Source: an uncultured Bacteroidales bacterium
GTDB lineage: Bacteria > Bacteroidota > Bacteroidia > Bacteroidales > UBA4417
NCBI GenBank assembly: GCA_903946925.1
Contig: CAJAXK010000103.1
Span: 2,388-66,387 of the forward strand
DNA: 64,000 nt
Direction of reading: 5' to 3'
The position numbers and the translations under genes were made by a program. The notes beneath the pieces are model-generated. The model was not told where the DNA came from, made no database searches, and saw only the letters and a program-made list of their open reading frames with translations. Each line of letters begins with the position of its first letter. The first letter of the stretch is position 1. Below are positions 10,514 through 19,940 of this stretch, piece after piece.

Positions 10514-11986
10514 TTAAATCTCTAAAAAGGTAGCACCCACCGAATCTTTACTAGGAGCATCAAGGCTGGTTTCGCCAGAAACCTGGCTGGCTCCAGGCAA
10601 CTTATATCCGGCTCTGCTCCTTCCCCTTATGTCTTGGGTAATTTCAGGGTAATCACTAGTTATGTATGCTGACAAACCTGTCTTTGCTCCCGGTTCGTAA
10701 ATATTTGGACTTGTGCCGACTTGTATCATTTTCGGGTCAATACCTGTAATTACCTGATTTTCTGAAAATCTGAAATTTTCATATTTCCCCTGGTTCATAA
10801 GGTTGTTTTTCCATTTTACATCCATATCGGCACCCGAAATCTTATCGATTTCAACATTGGTTTTGGTTGAAGAAGTATTGTAAACATGATTAAAGGCAAT
10901 CACCGATCCGATTGGTGGCAATTTGAATGAAGAATTGTTGTAGTTGATACTGAACGATTGTGAACAATCAACCATGGTATTAAAAGCTACAAGTGCATTT
11001 TTAACCTGAAAATACTCGTAAGCCTCTGAGTTTTCTTTGCCCCGCACCAGGCAAATTGCAGCACGGAAATCAGTTCCATTCAGGTTTTCGAAATAATTGT
11101 TGTAAACTTTATGATTTTCGCCGATAATGCGCACACCACCAGTTCCCGGAACGTTGTTGCCGATAAAATAGTTGCCATCCACCGTACAGTTGTTGCCATG
11201 GCGGAGTGTAAGCGTTCCTTTGCAAGCAACAAAAATATTGTTCGAATAATTATTACCGCACGATTTGTTTGAGATGATCTCTGTTTCGCCATTACAATCT
11301 TCAAAAAAATTGCCTTTGACGGTTACTCCGGCAGTTTGCATCGAAGTGTGGCTATCGCCAATGCGAATAATTTCCTGGCCATTCAATTCCTTTCCAGATT
11401 TATCTTTGTTCGGATTCCGGTAACCAAAATAATTGCCTTCAATGATGTGGTTGGGTATAACATCCTTATCCAACCAAACCACAAGCAGTGTTCCTGAATT
11501 GGTTTTATTCGCAAAAGTACAATTGGCCACAATGTTGTCCTTTCCGTACATAGAAACCCACTTGTTGTCAACGGTTTTCTCTGCCGGGTTACAGCTTACG
11601 ATGGCTGTATTATATAAACTACAGTTTTCAGCAATGGATGTGGTTGAGGTTCGGAAGGATATAATATCTTTATCCTTTAGTGTTCCGTTATAAAAATATA
11701 ACCCGGAGATTTCGAGGAAACTCCCTGAAAAACTTAGCGATGAATTGCCAGTAAGGATAACTTTCCCCGGTGTTTGAGCCAATAACACAACTGGGTGTAA
11801 TTTCATTCCAACCCCTCTGAAAACTATGTTCTGATCAATCCAATTTCCATTTTTCATAACAATAGTATCGCCCGACGACCATTTTTTTAGGTTAATCTCC
11901 GCTGCGGAAGAAACCAGCAAATATTTTGCGCTGACCATGTTAACTGAACAACAAAGACATAATATGAATGATATGTATTTTGTCAT
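10514..11986 (-). CDS. PL6 polysaccharide lyase (chondroitinase B / alginate lyase-like beta-helix)
   Basis: NGQEIIRIGDS, GETEIISNKS, GTLTLRHG and GGVRIIGENHKVYNNY PL6 motifs. Likely true start is MTKYISF at 11986 (signal peptide); the track start is 12067. Confidence 0.88.
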   Translation of the reverse strand: MTKYISFILCLCCSVNMVSAKYLLVSSAAEINLKKWSSGDTIVMKNGNWIDQNIVFRGVGMKLHPVVLLAQTPGKVILTGNSSLSFSGSFLEISGLYFYNGTLKDKDIISFRTSTTSIAENCSLYNTAIVSCNPAEKTVDNKWVSMYGKDNIVANCTFANKTNSGTLLVVWLDKDVIPNHIIEGNYFGYRNPNKDKSGKELNGQEIIRIGDSHTSMQTAGVTVKGNFFEDCNGETEIISNKSCGNNYSNNIFVACKGTLTLRHGNNCTVDGNYFIGNNVPGTGGVRIIGENHKVYNNYFENLNGTDFRAAICLVRGKENSEAYEYFQVKNALVAFNTMVDCSQSFSINYNNSSFKLPPIGSVIAFNHVYNTSSTKTNVEIDKISGADMDVKWKNNLMNQGKYENFRFSENQVITGIDPKMIQVGTSPNIYEPGAKTGLSAYITSDYPEITQDIRGRSRAGYKLPGASQVSGETSLDAPSKDSVGATFLEI

Positions 11987-12057
11987 GTTTCCTGTATTTG
12001 ATTTCTTAAAGCTGGCTGAACCGTAACATTTCCTGCTAAAATATTTTTTCAGCCTTA

Positions 12058-13737
12058 CTATTTGCACAACACAAACTTTGTGGTTTTTGTGAATTTATCG
12101 GTTTTTAAAATGGCAACATACATTCCGCTTTTCAAACCAGAAATATCCACTACCTGCTCTTGCTTTCCGGCTGATTGATTTATGTGATTGAGTACTTTTT
12201 TCACAGTAATGCCATTAGTATTGATTATGCTAAGGCAAACGTTTGAGGCTGAAGCAAGATCATAAATAATATTTATGGTGTTACTTGATTGATTTTGAAG
12301 TACTTTCAACTCAAAACCCTCAACTTTCGTGTTGTCATTACTTGCTGAAGTTTGAATCAAATATGACGGTCCAACTTCAGATAATTTCAGTGGATGATTT
12401 GTAGAAGCACCGGTGGTATATTCATCGCAACCCACATCCTTTAATGTAACTAAAACAGGTCTTGGCTGTCCGCTGATATCCAGAAGCAAAGCCGGATCAT
12501 CATCTACATTTGTGATATCAAGGATTGCGGGGTAATTGGCACTTGCTGCATCAATGGCTGGGCTTGATGCTGTTAAACCATAAAACCCATCTGTGTTCAA
12601 GGCAAGTGCCGGATCAACTTTGGTCATTCCCGATGGAATTGAAACCCCTAAAGTTCCGTTATAAATATTTCCAGCCCAAGCTATTCCAAGAGTAGAGCCT
12701 GTGAAAATATCTCCCGAATTTTTTTTGAAAATATTGTTCGCCCAGGTATTGTCGGTAGCACCATGGTCAAGATCAATATCCCCACATTCGACGAAGGTGT
12801 TGTGGATAAAATTAATATTGTTCAAAATATTAGTAGTGTTAGCGGTGTAATAAACATAAGTAACTGCATCAGTATTACCGCCAATACCCGAACGTTCGAA
12901 GTAATTATTGTAACAGTAAATATTGTTTGCTTCCTTCACCCTTATGCCGCCGGCACCGATAAAAAAGTTGCCATAAGCAATGTTGTTATCGCCATTTCGG
13001 AAACAAAACATGGCTTTTTGATTGTTGACCGAAGTGTTGTAACGCAATATATTTTCCCTGCATTTTACCGAAATAGCCTCACTATCACCTAATCCTGTAT
13101 TGCTGAAATAGCAGAACTCAACGGTTGTTCGGGAAACATAAGTGGAAGTTGAGCCATTGCTGATGCGGATACATTCGTTTCCATTGTCGCCGCCAGCACC
13201 CGGCATATTCTGGAAAGAGCAATACCGGATAATGTTATAACCAGGTAAAGTTTCGTCAGGAGCAATGTGGATGAGGTTTCCTGAAGGTGCGCTGGCAGGC
13301 TTATTTTCAAAATTACAAAACGAAATTTCATTGTAACGCCCCGCCAAATTGATGTATTTCTGGGCTGAATAGCCTTTGAAATTTAATTCCGTCAGTGTAT
13401 TATGGCTTCCGTATACGTTTGTTACCACTCCGCCAATAGTACCTGTGGTGAACTGAAAACCGCTTAAAGTAATATAATTGCCCGTGATTTGAATGTCATT
13501 TGTTCCACTCAAAAACACACCTCCGGGCGTTGCTGCCTTTACCGTGATATTATTGGTGCTAATTATTAATGTTGAATTGAAATATGTACCATTGGCGAGT
13601 TTTATGGTATCGCCTGATGAAGCATTGTCAATAGCTGATTGTAACTGTGGGACAGAAAAAACCAGAACTACATTTTGTGTAAACACTAGAAAAGGAAGCT
13701 GAAAAAGGGCTATCAGTACTATTATCCGTAAAGTCAT
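12058..13737 (-). CDS. PL6-like beta-helix lyase with T9SS type A C-terminal domain
   Basis: NGNECIRI, DSEAISVK, FCFRNG and GGIRV motifs; ends ...VDISGLKSGMY...TKFVLCK. Confidence 0.82.
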   Translation of the reverse strand: MTLRIIVLIALFQLPFLVFTQNVVLVFSVPQLQSAIDNASSGDTIKLANGTYFNSTLIISTNNITVKAATPGGVFLSGTNDIQITGNYITLSGFQFTTGTIGGVVTNVYGSHNTLTELNFKGYSAQKYINLAGRYNEISFCNFENKPASAPSGNLIHIAPDETLPGYNIIRYCSFQNMPGAGGDNGNECIRISNGSTSTYVSRTTVEFCYFSNTGLGDSEAISVKCRENILRYNTSVNNQKAMFCFRNGDNNIAYGNFFIGAGGIRVKEANNIYCYNNYFERSGIGGNTDAVTYVYYTANTTNILNNINFIHNTFVECGDIDLDHGATDNTWANNIFKKNSGDIFTGSTLGIAWAGNIYNGTLGVSIPSGMTKVDPALALNTDGFYGLTASSPAIDAASANYPAILDITNVDDDPALLLDISGQPRPVLVTLKDVGCDEYTTGASTNHPLKLSEVGPSYLIQTSASNDNTKVEGFELKVLQNQSSNTINIIYDLASASNVCLSIINTNGITVKKVLNHINQSAGKQEQVVDISGLKSGMYVAILKTDKFTKTTKFVLCK

Positions 13738-13942
13738 AACTACATTCTTAATTGAGTCTGTCCATAAAGCTAAATCTTATTAAATCTCGCTGTGATTATT
13801 GGGATTGACAAATAACTCACTAAAAAAAAAGCCGCAATTTGCAAATCGTACATTTTAAATTTCATCACTATCGCGTTATAAGACATAAATCTTTCTTTAG
13901 TAGTCTGAAGAAGATCAATGTTCCCAAGTTGGAATTTGAAAG

Positions 13943-13994
13943 AAAAAAAACCTGCACAGTTATCATAGATTTTTCGAAATATGATTTGTGCAGG
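13943..13994 (-). terminator. Intrinsic terminator after 14037 gene
   Basis: cctgcaca...tgtgcagg stem with an A8 tract on the + strand (U-tract on minus). Confidence 0.6.
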
Positions 13995-14036
13995 CTCAAC
14001 CCAATTATTAATCAACCAAATCTTCTGTTCAATCCA

Positions 14037-14855
14037 TTATTTCACTACATGTTCCCATCTGTTGCTAAAACGCAAACCGGCAATTTTACCCCCGAGATTG
14101 GGACGCTGGCGGATGTAGATACTTCTGATTCTTTTAAGATCAGCATTACCCGTAACACTGGCTATTGCTGTCTCCCCTGATTCTTTTCCCCCAATTTTGG
14201 GGTTGATATACAAAGAAGCAGATTCAGCGCCTTTGGCTGAAGGGTTTACTTTAACAACAACAAAAACTGTTGTTCCGTAAGGAAAATCAGGTGACCAGGT
14301 TGTAGTAGTTTCTTTCCATCCCAAACCCAGGTTATAAAAGCCTTTATTTTCTGAAGATCTCACGCAAACACGTCCACGCTGCTGATTTCCTGTATAATTT
14401 CCATCAAGCGATAGAAACTGATCACCCGAATTTGATGCTTTGGTAATATTAACTAAGGCACCCAGATAAAATACTTCGTCGGTGTAGTCGCTCGATGATG
14501 TAAGGCTATAAATGGATGCCCGAACGGCAGCAGTTTCCGGATTGAGGATAATGGCTTTTCCCGCATTATTATCCACGTAAGTAGAAAAACTTAATTTACT
14601 TGGTTCTAAAACAGGAGAAACAGTTGGAGCATCTGCGGGATTGATTTTACCGTTGCGGTTCCATTGATTTTCCTTAATCGGGTTCGTATCATCCTGTGTA
14701 GTATTTGTATATTCCCCCTTTTCCAACGATAACTCTGAGCCAACAGCTCCAACAGTAAATAAAGTTTTGTAGTCGATTGGTAATTTTTGAGGATACTGTG
14801 CACTGGCAATCAAGGTGGCCATGCAAAACATTAGGATTGTTATACTTTTTTTCAT
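14037..14855 (-). CDS. Secreted single-domain protein; distant member of the shared N-terminal beta-sandwich family
   Basis: Likely start MKKSITIL at 14855 (track 14927). GKAI..YLGALV..VVVKV..ASLYINP..IRSIYIRQ..GLRFSNRW parallels the N-domain of 15043/24162/28659/32453. Confidence 0.7.
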   Translation of the reverse strand: MKKSITILMFCMATLIASAQYPQKLPIDYKTLFTVGAVGSELSLEKGEYTNTTQDDTNPIKENQWNRNGKINPADAPTVSPVLEPSKLSFSTYVDNNAGKAIILNPETAAVRASIYSLTSSSDYTDEVFYLGALVNITKASNSGDQFLSLDGNYTGNQQRGRVCVRSSENKGFYNLGLGWKETTTTWSPDFPYGTTVFVVVKVNPSAKGAESASLYINPKIGGKESGETAIASVTGNADLKRIRSIYIRQRPNLGGKIAGLRFSNRWEHVVK

Positions 14856-15042
14856 CTGTTTATTTTTTAATTTTTTACGGGTCAGATGGAATACGCCATG
14901 AGAATAATCATTTCGGTTGGTGAGCAAGTTTTCTGCTCATGGCTATTTCATACAATTTTTTTTATGCCCCATACTAATGACTGTGGGTTTTTGAAATACG
15001 AACAGCTTGCTAAGGCCAGTATTGTTAGTTATTATTGATTTC

Positions 15043-16098
15043 CTATTGGTTAATCAGTATTTTGAATGATTTAGTAACACCCCCTGCCGTAAACCGGGCT
15101 AAATATATCCCGGTTGTTAAACCCGAAACATCAAAGGATTCGGTATAACTTCCAGCCTCATGGCCAATGTTCTGAATCAAAGTATTGACAAATTGACCAT
15201 TAATATTATACAGCACAAGGTTCACATTGGAGTTGTCAGTTAAACTATATTCCAGGTTTAAAGTAGTGGCTGATGGATTGTTGAAGATTTTGACCCTGTT
15301 TTTTGCTGTAACCAATTCTGATAAACCCACCTGGCTTACTTTCGCAACAGCATTTGCCCAGGAACTTGAAACCCTTGCACCGCTTACATTGAAATTAGCT
15401 TTATTATTGCCGTTTACCCTGAACCTTATAGAGCTTAGATCCGATTTTAAAGCCGAAGGGTTAGAAATATCATCAATAACATCGGGAATAGGTTCTGTAG
15501 TTGATCCTAAAGTTGGATTTATGAAAAGCGATGAAGTTTCAGTGGCGAAATCATATTTCAAAACCACAAGAATTACGGCAAGTGTATCAGTAAATTCGGG
15601 TGCTCTCCATTTAACATCAGCACCCGTACCACTTCCCCTGGTAGTTCCCAATTTGAAGTTGGCAGTTACTGATCCCTTTCCTACCCAGACCTTTGGCCCT
15701 GAGTTTGCACTATCGCCAAGCCCAATGACTTCAGACTGGCTTTGTTTCTGGGCGACTCCTGCCTTAAATAGAAAGCTTAAATATACAGTACTGGTAACCG
15801 GCGTTTCAGTAAATAATTTATAACAATAGTAACCAGTTGCACCTGATAGGTACACATTGTTCATTGTTTTACCTTTATCGGAAAGCACGTAAGTACCATC
15901 AGTGGTTATGTATGTCAATGGAGGTGTAACAATGTTTCGCACAGGTACAACGGCAGGAGCGGTTCCTCCGCTTGTCCAACCAGGTGCAAAATCAAGATCT
16001 GAAACTGAGTAATCGAAAGTTTCATCCAGTAAAACCTGCCCTTGTGAAATCAGAAAAAATGAGCAAAGAGCAACAATTAAAGTGATTTTTTTATTCAT
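15043..16098 (-). CDS. T9SS-secreted protein: shared N-terminal domain plus type A CTD
   Basis: QVLLDETFDY...VYLSFLFKAG...GTTRG...LKYDF...SLFINP...GARVSSSW; CTD DVSGLTTGIY...KILINQ. Confidence 0.8.
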   Translation of the reverse strand: MNKKITLIVALCSFFLISQGQVLLDETFDYSVSDLDFAPGWTSGGTAPAVVPVRNIVTPPLTYITTDGTYVLSDKGKTMNNVYLSGATGYYCYKLFTETPVTSTVYLSFLFKAGVAQKQSQSEVIGLGDSANSGPKVWVGKGSVTANFKLGTTRGSGTGADVKWRAPEFTDTLAVILVVLKYDFATETSSLFINPTLGSTTEPIPDVIDDISNPSALKSDLSSIRFRVNGNNKANFNVSGARVSSSWANAVAKVSQVGLSELVTAKNRVKIFNNPSATTLNLEYSLTDNSNVNLVLYNINGQFVNTLIQNIGHEAGSYTESFDVSGLTTGIYLARFTAGGVTKSFKILINQ

Positions 16099-16178
16099 GG
16101 CGAATCAGGATTAGGTAAATTTTTGGTAAATCAATATAAAGCTGTTTCATAAACAACCACATAACCGGCCAAAGTCCT

Positions 16179-17558
16179 TTACTTGCTAACTACAAGCTTG
16201 ATTGTTTGGGAAGAGCTGCCTAAACTAAGTCGTGCAAAATAAGATCCATTGTCAAGAGTCGAAACATCAATTGATTTCGAATAGTCTCCGGCATTTTGAA
16301 ATTCGGAATTTATTAGGTTTTTAACAAATTGACCATTGAGGTTAAACAAATCCATTTTCACAAGGGTATATGACTGCAGTTTGTATTCCAGGTTCAGGAA
16401 TTGAGAAACAGGATTTGGATAAACATGGAATTGAGCTTTTTGCATGAGTGGGGAGATGGATGCGTTGGATGAATAATAACGTGTATCGCCAACTGTAAGA
16501 CCATCGCTTCCAACAAAGAAACTCCTATTGGTCAAGCCAAAATTTAGGGTTGCGACATTCGTATAGATAGGAACAGTTGTTATAGTGTTAGTTCCTGTTG
16601 GGGGAACTGCAAAGCCAAGATAGCAATAGTCTTTAACCATTGGAGGGGCAGTCAGGTCAGGGTTTACAAAACTTAGGGTTAAATCAACCTGATCGAAAAT
16701 ACAGTTGGTTATGCTAATCAGACCCGACATCATCCTGAACCTGAAAATTTCATCGGAAGTTAATGTGATGTTATAGAAAGTACAATGATCGATGGTTGCA
16801 TTTCTTCCTTTAGCCCAAACGCCACTTGTTGACTTGTAATGGATTACAGAGTTAGCGTTTCCAACACTGTTGACAATATTGGAAAACGTGCAATTTTTCA
16901 AGGTAATATCCCTATTGGACACGGTGGTGATTTGGGTTGTTGAATTACCATCCTGAGTGTTAAAAAACAACATTCTTCCACTGCAATTATTAAATGTTGT
17001 TTCTTGAATGTCCATGGAGGAGTTTGTGGCCTCAAGCCTTATGGTTCCATTTCCTGCTGCATTGTTAAAATCGTGAATGAAGCAATTTTTTATAATAATT
17101 GAACAATTTAATGCAGTTGTTGTGCTCCTCACCAAAATAGGCTGATTCCCTGTATTGGTATTTAAACCATTAAATTCAATGCCTTCGAGGTTTAAAACAA
17201 AATCTGGGGTATAAATCACAAAAATTGTTGCAGTACTGGATGCGCTTGTCCCACTTGCTGAAATAATCGGTTTGGAGAGAAGGCCCGCTTTTGCCCGGAT
17301 GGTTGCACTTCTTCCTATGGAATCCAGTACGCTGCTTGTTCCCTGTATTACATATTCCCCACCTGATGTCGAAAGTTCGTAGATATCGAACAACCCACCT
17401 TTTAGGTCAGTCAACAATTCAGCAACCTGGCTTACAGTATATTCTTTTGAAGTCTGAGCTTCAGAAGAAATGGGGTTAAAAAGCAAAACGCAGGATAGAA
17501 ATCCTGTTATTAAGATTGCTTTCAATTTGAAATTCATAAAAGTAGAGTTCTGTTTCAT
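16179..17558 (-). CDS. T9SS-secreted beta-helix (pectin-lyase-fold) protein
   Basis: Repeated I.NC.F.N turns (IKNCFIHD, LKNCTFSN, IDHCTFYN, ITNCIFD), VGDTRY, and CTD VYPNP...KLVVSK. Confidence 0.75.
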   Translation of the reverse strand: MKQNSTFMNFKLKAILITGFLSCVLLFNPISSEAQTSKEYTVSQVAELLTDLKGGLFDIYELSTSGGEYVIQGTSSVLDSIGRSATIRAKAGLLSKPIISASGTSASSTATIFVIYTPDFVLNLEGIEFNGLNTNTGNQPILVRSTTTALNCSIIIKNCFIHDFNNAAGNGTIRLEATNSSMDIQETTFNNCSGRMLFFNTQDGNSTTQITTVSNRDITLKNCTFSNIVNSVGNANSVIHYKSTSGVWAKGRNATIDHCTFYNITLTSDEIFRFRMMSGLISITNCIFDQVDLTLSFVNPDLTAPPMVKDYCYLGFAVPPTGTNTITTVPIYTNVATLNFGLTNRSFFVGSDGLTVGDTRYYSSNASISPLMQKAQFHVYPNPVSQFLNLEYKLQSYTLVKMDLFNLNGQFVKNLINSEFQNAGDYSKSIDVSTLDNGSYFARLSLGSSSQTIKLVVSK

Positions 17559-17667
17559 AATTTAGGGGTTAGGTTAATTGGGTTGAATGGTTGATTATCT
17601 GTCATTCTTGAAGCACTATTGGTGTTCTAAAGTTTTGAAATATTTTTGGGATCCGGAAAAATTTAAT

Positions 17668-17705
17668 ATTTTTCATTGCCGGTTTTTTGTCCGGCAATGA
17701 AAAAT
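17668..17705. terminator. Perfect 15-bp inverted repeat (terminator or mRNA-stabilising hairpin)
   Basis: atttttcattgccgg-ttttttgt-ccggcaatgaaaaat immediately after the stop of 17712..18320. Confidence 0.75.
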
Positions 17706-17711
17706 GCCGGT

Positions 17712-18320
17712 TTATTTTATAATAGCAGCCTCAAAAGTTTGCTTTGCTGTTGTGAGTATTGTTACACCTTCAGCAATTTGTCGGTCGATATTTGTGATTA
17801 AATCGCGTGTTTTTTTTGCATCGGCAATGGCTTTTGTAAAATCCGCCTTCGCAGCCTCCGAAACCTGGCCTGTTGCAGTACCAACTGCTGTTGATGCATT
17901 TAATAATTCGCACTCCACAACCAAATCATTCAAAGGTCGTCGGTCCGAAATAAACAAGCTATTGTGGAAAGCCTGCCCTGGCACACCAAACGACTTATAG
18001 GTATCGGTGATGTTCTTCATTGTGATATTCGGCCTGACTACCAGCGCGAGAGCCGTATCCAAAACTTTGAGGTATGCCGCTTTCTGGCTGGCAAACTTGC
18101 TTGTACTTGCTACCATGAAATTGCCTTTATCATAACCAATAACCGTGCTATCAACCATTGCTTTTTCGGTAGTTGCAAACAGGGTCAATTCCTGCCTGTG
18201 CTCTTCTACAGTTTTAGGTTGAGCGGCTTCTTCATCCTTTGTACATGAGCTGCCCCAAATAACCAGTGATACCATCAAAGGCAACCATATCATTCGTAAA
18301 CCAAGATTTATCTTTTTCAT
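17712..18320 (-). CDS. Lipoprotein downstream of SusD (helical, FIVAR-like repeats); candidate surface glycan-binding accessory
   Basis: Lipobox GSSC; two helical repeats ending ...AKQTFEAA; position directly after susD. Confidence 0.7.
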   Translation of the reverse strand: MKKINLGLRMIWLPLMVSLVIWGSSCTKDEEAAQPKTVEEHRQELTLFATTEKAMVDSTVIGYDKGNFMVASTSKFASQKAAYLKVLDTALALVVRPNITMKNITDTYKSFGVPGQAFHNSLFISDRRPLNDLVVECELLNASTAVGTATGQVSEAAKADFTKAIADAKKTRDLITNIDRQIAEGVTILTTAKQTFEAAIIK

Positions 18321-18338
18321 AAATTTTTCTTTTTTAGA

Positions 18339-19877
18339 TTAATAACCAGGGTTTTGAGGAATAACCATTTCGTTGTTGGCGTCAATTTCTGTTTGAGGAA
18401 TTGGCAACAAAAGTCTTTCCCTTATGAACTGTGTTTCGTCGGGCAGTGGGATTTTATCGTATTGCGAATACAAATCGGTCCAGTCTGTCACGAATACATG
18501 TGTTTTGAGTATATCAAGTGCTTTGTTAGGATTGCCATACGAGTTTGCCATGCGCAATAAATCAAACCATCGTTGATTTTCAAAGGCAAGTTCCAGCCGT
18601 CGTTCTTTATACACCGCATCCAGGGCTTCCTCTTTAGAAGTAAAAGGTTGAAGAGGATCCATGCCTGCCCTTGCCCTTATTTTGTTCACTTCGATACTGG
18701 CTTCGCCAATCCGCCCGTCCTGTGCCATAATCTCGGCGTTTAGAAGTACCATATCGGCATAGCGAATAACTATCCAGTCATTTTCGCATTGTTCTGGCAG
18801 GACCATAGTTGGATCAATATATTTTGAAATGTATTGTATTGTATCTGTGGTAGATTTGAGCCATATCCGAAAACTTGGATCTTTACGGGTATCCTTGGGA
18901 TCTGCACGGAATAAGCGCATAAGTTCAGGTGTAGGATTGTTGTCTCCGCGCGGGGTGCCAACCTTGAGGAAGAGGTTTGCTGAATTGTCGGGGGCAAATA
19001 TTCCCCAAAACGGAGAACCTAACCCGCTACTTCCACCCAGATACCTTACTGCAAAGATGATTTCCTTATTCATTTCCTTAGTAATATCGAATATTTGGGC
19101 AAAAGCACCTGTTCCAATCAATAAACCATGAGGCGAAGTATTCAAAACTGCTTCGATCAATGGTTTTGCTTTAGCCAGGTTTTCATTGCCGCCCTGCATC
19201 ATATAAGCTTTGGCCAACAAACTCATTGCCGCCCATTTCGTGATGCGACCGGCATCGCTTGATGAATAAGTGGAAGGGGCTTGTTCGATTGCTTTAAGCA
19301 AATCAGGGATAATAATGTCGTTATAAATCTCATTTACAGGCGATCTGGGGATTTTCTTTGCTTCCTCAGCACTTATTACCGAAGTAACTTTGAACATATC
19401 GCCCCATAGATTAACCAGGGTATAATAATGGTAGGCTCTGATAAACAGTAACTCTGCTTCGTACTGCGCCCTTTGCGCTTCAACAGGAATGTAGGTATTG
19501 TCGGCTACCGAAGGTAATATTGCATTCACGTTCGAGATGTTCTGAAACAGTTTGTACCAGTACTGTTGCATCATAGGCAAACTGGTGGATGTTCGGAAAA
19601 AAGCCAGATCGCAATAATCCACACGGTCAACACCTGAAGTCCCGGTTGAGGCCACGCAGGTATTATCACTCCTGATTTCTGTGTATCTCCATTCGTCCTT
19701 TAAGGCTGTAGCTATTCCGGCATAACAACCCATAACCCCCTGATTGATACGTGCTGGAGTGGTATAAAAATTGACTTGAGTCAAAACTGAGGCAGGCTTG
19801 TCTTCCAAAAAATCTTTACATGCCCCTAACAGTATCAGAGTGGTGAAAGCTATGAGTATATATACTTTATTTTTCAT
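18339..19877 (-). CDS. susD: SusD/RagB family glycan-binding lipoprotein
   Basis: Lipobox LGAC; RAYHYYTLV, GRITKWAA, IRYADMVL, ERRLELAFENQRWFDL, PIPQTEI and QNPGY motifs. Confidence 0.95.
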   Translation of the reverse strand: MKNKVYILIAFTTLILLGACKDFLEDKPASVLTQVNFYTTPARINQGVMGCYAGIATALKDEWRYTEIRSDNTCVASTGTSGVDRVDYCDLAFFRTSTSLPMMQQYWYKLFQNISNVNAILPSVADNTYIPVEAQRAQYEAELLFIRAYHYYTLVNLWGDMFKVTSVISAEEAKKIPRSPVNEIYNDIIIPDLLKAIEQAPSTYSSSDAGRITKWAAMSLLAKAYMMQGGNENLAKAKPLIEAVLNTSPHGLLIGTGAFAQIFDITKEMNKEIIFAVRYLGGSSGLGSPFWGIFAPDNSANLFLKVGTPRGDNNPTPELMRLFRADPKDTRKDPSFRIWLKSTTDTIQYISKYIDPTMVLPEQCENDWIVIRYADMVLLNAEIMAQDGRIGEASIEVNKIRARAGMDPLQPFTSKEEALDAVYKERRLELAFENQRWFDLLRMANSYGNPNKALDILKTHVFVTDWTDLYSQYDKIPLPDETQFIRERLLLPIPQTEIDANNEMVIPQNPGY

Positions 19878-19940
19878 TTTTATTGGGTTTTAAATCATTA
19901 TTGTGATGGTGTATTTGTAATGATATTTTGCAAAAATGTC

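Noticed and set aside
13770-14180. ORFs 13770..14015 and 13839..14180
   Set aside because: They span a terminator hairpin and AT-rich intergenic DNA, with no protein-like features.
7488-15823. Long antisense ORFs (7488..8084, 9659..10126, 15227..15823 and similar)
   Set aside because: Fully overlap well-supported genes on the opposite strand and show no recognisable motifs.
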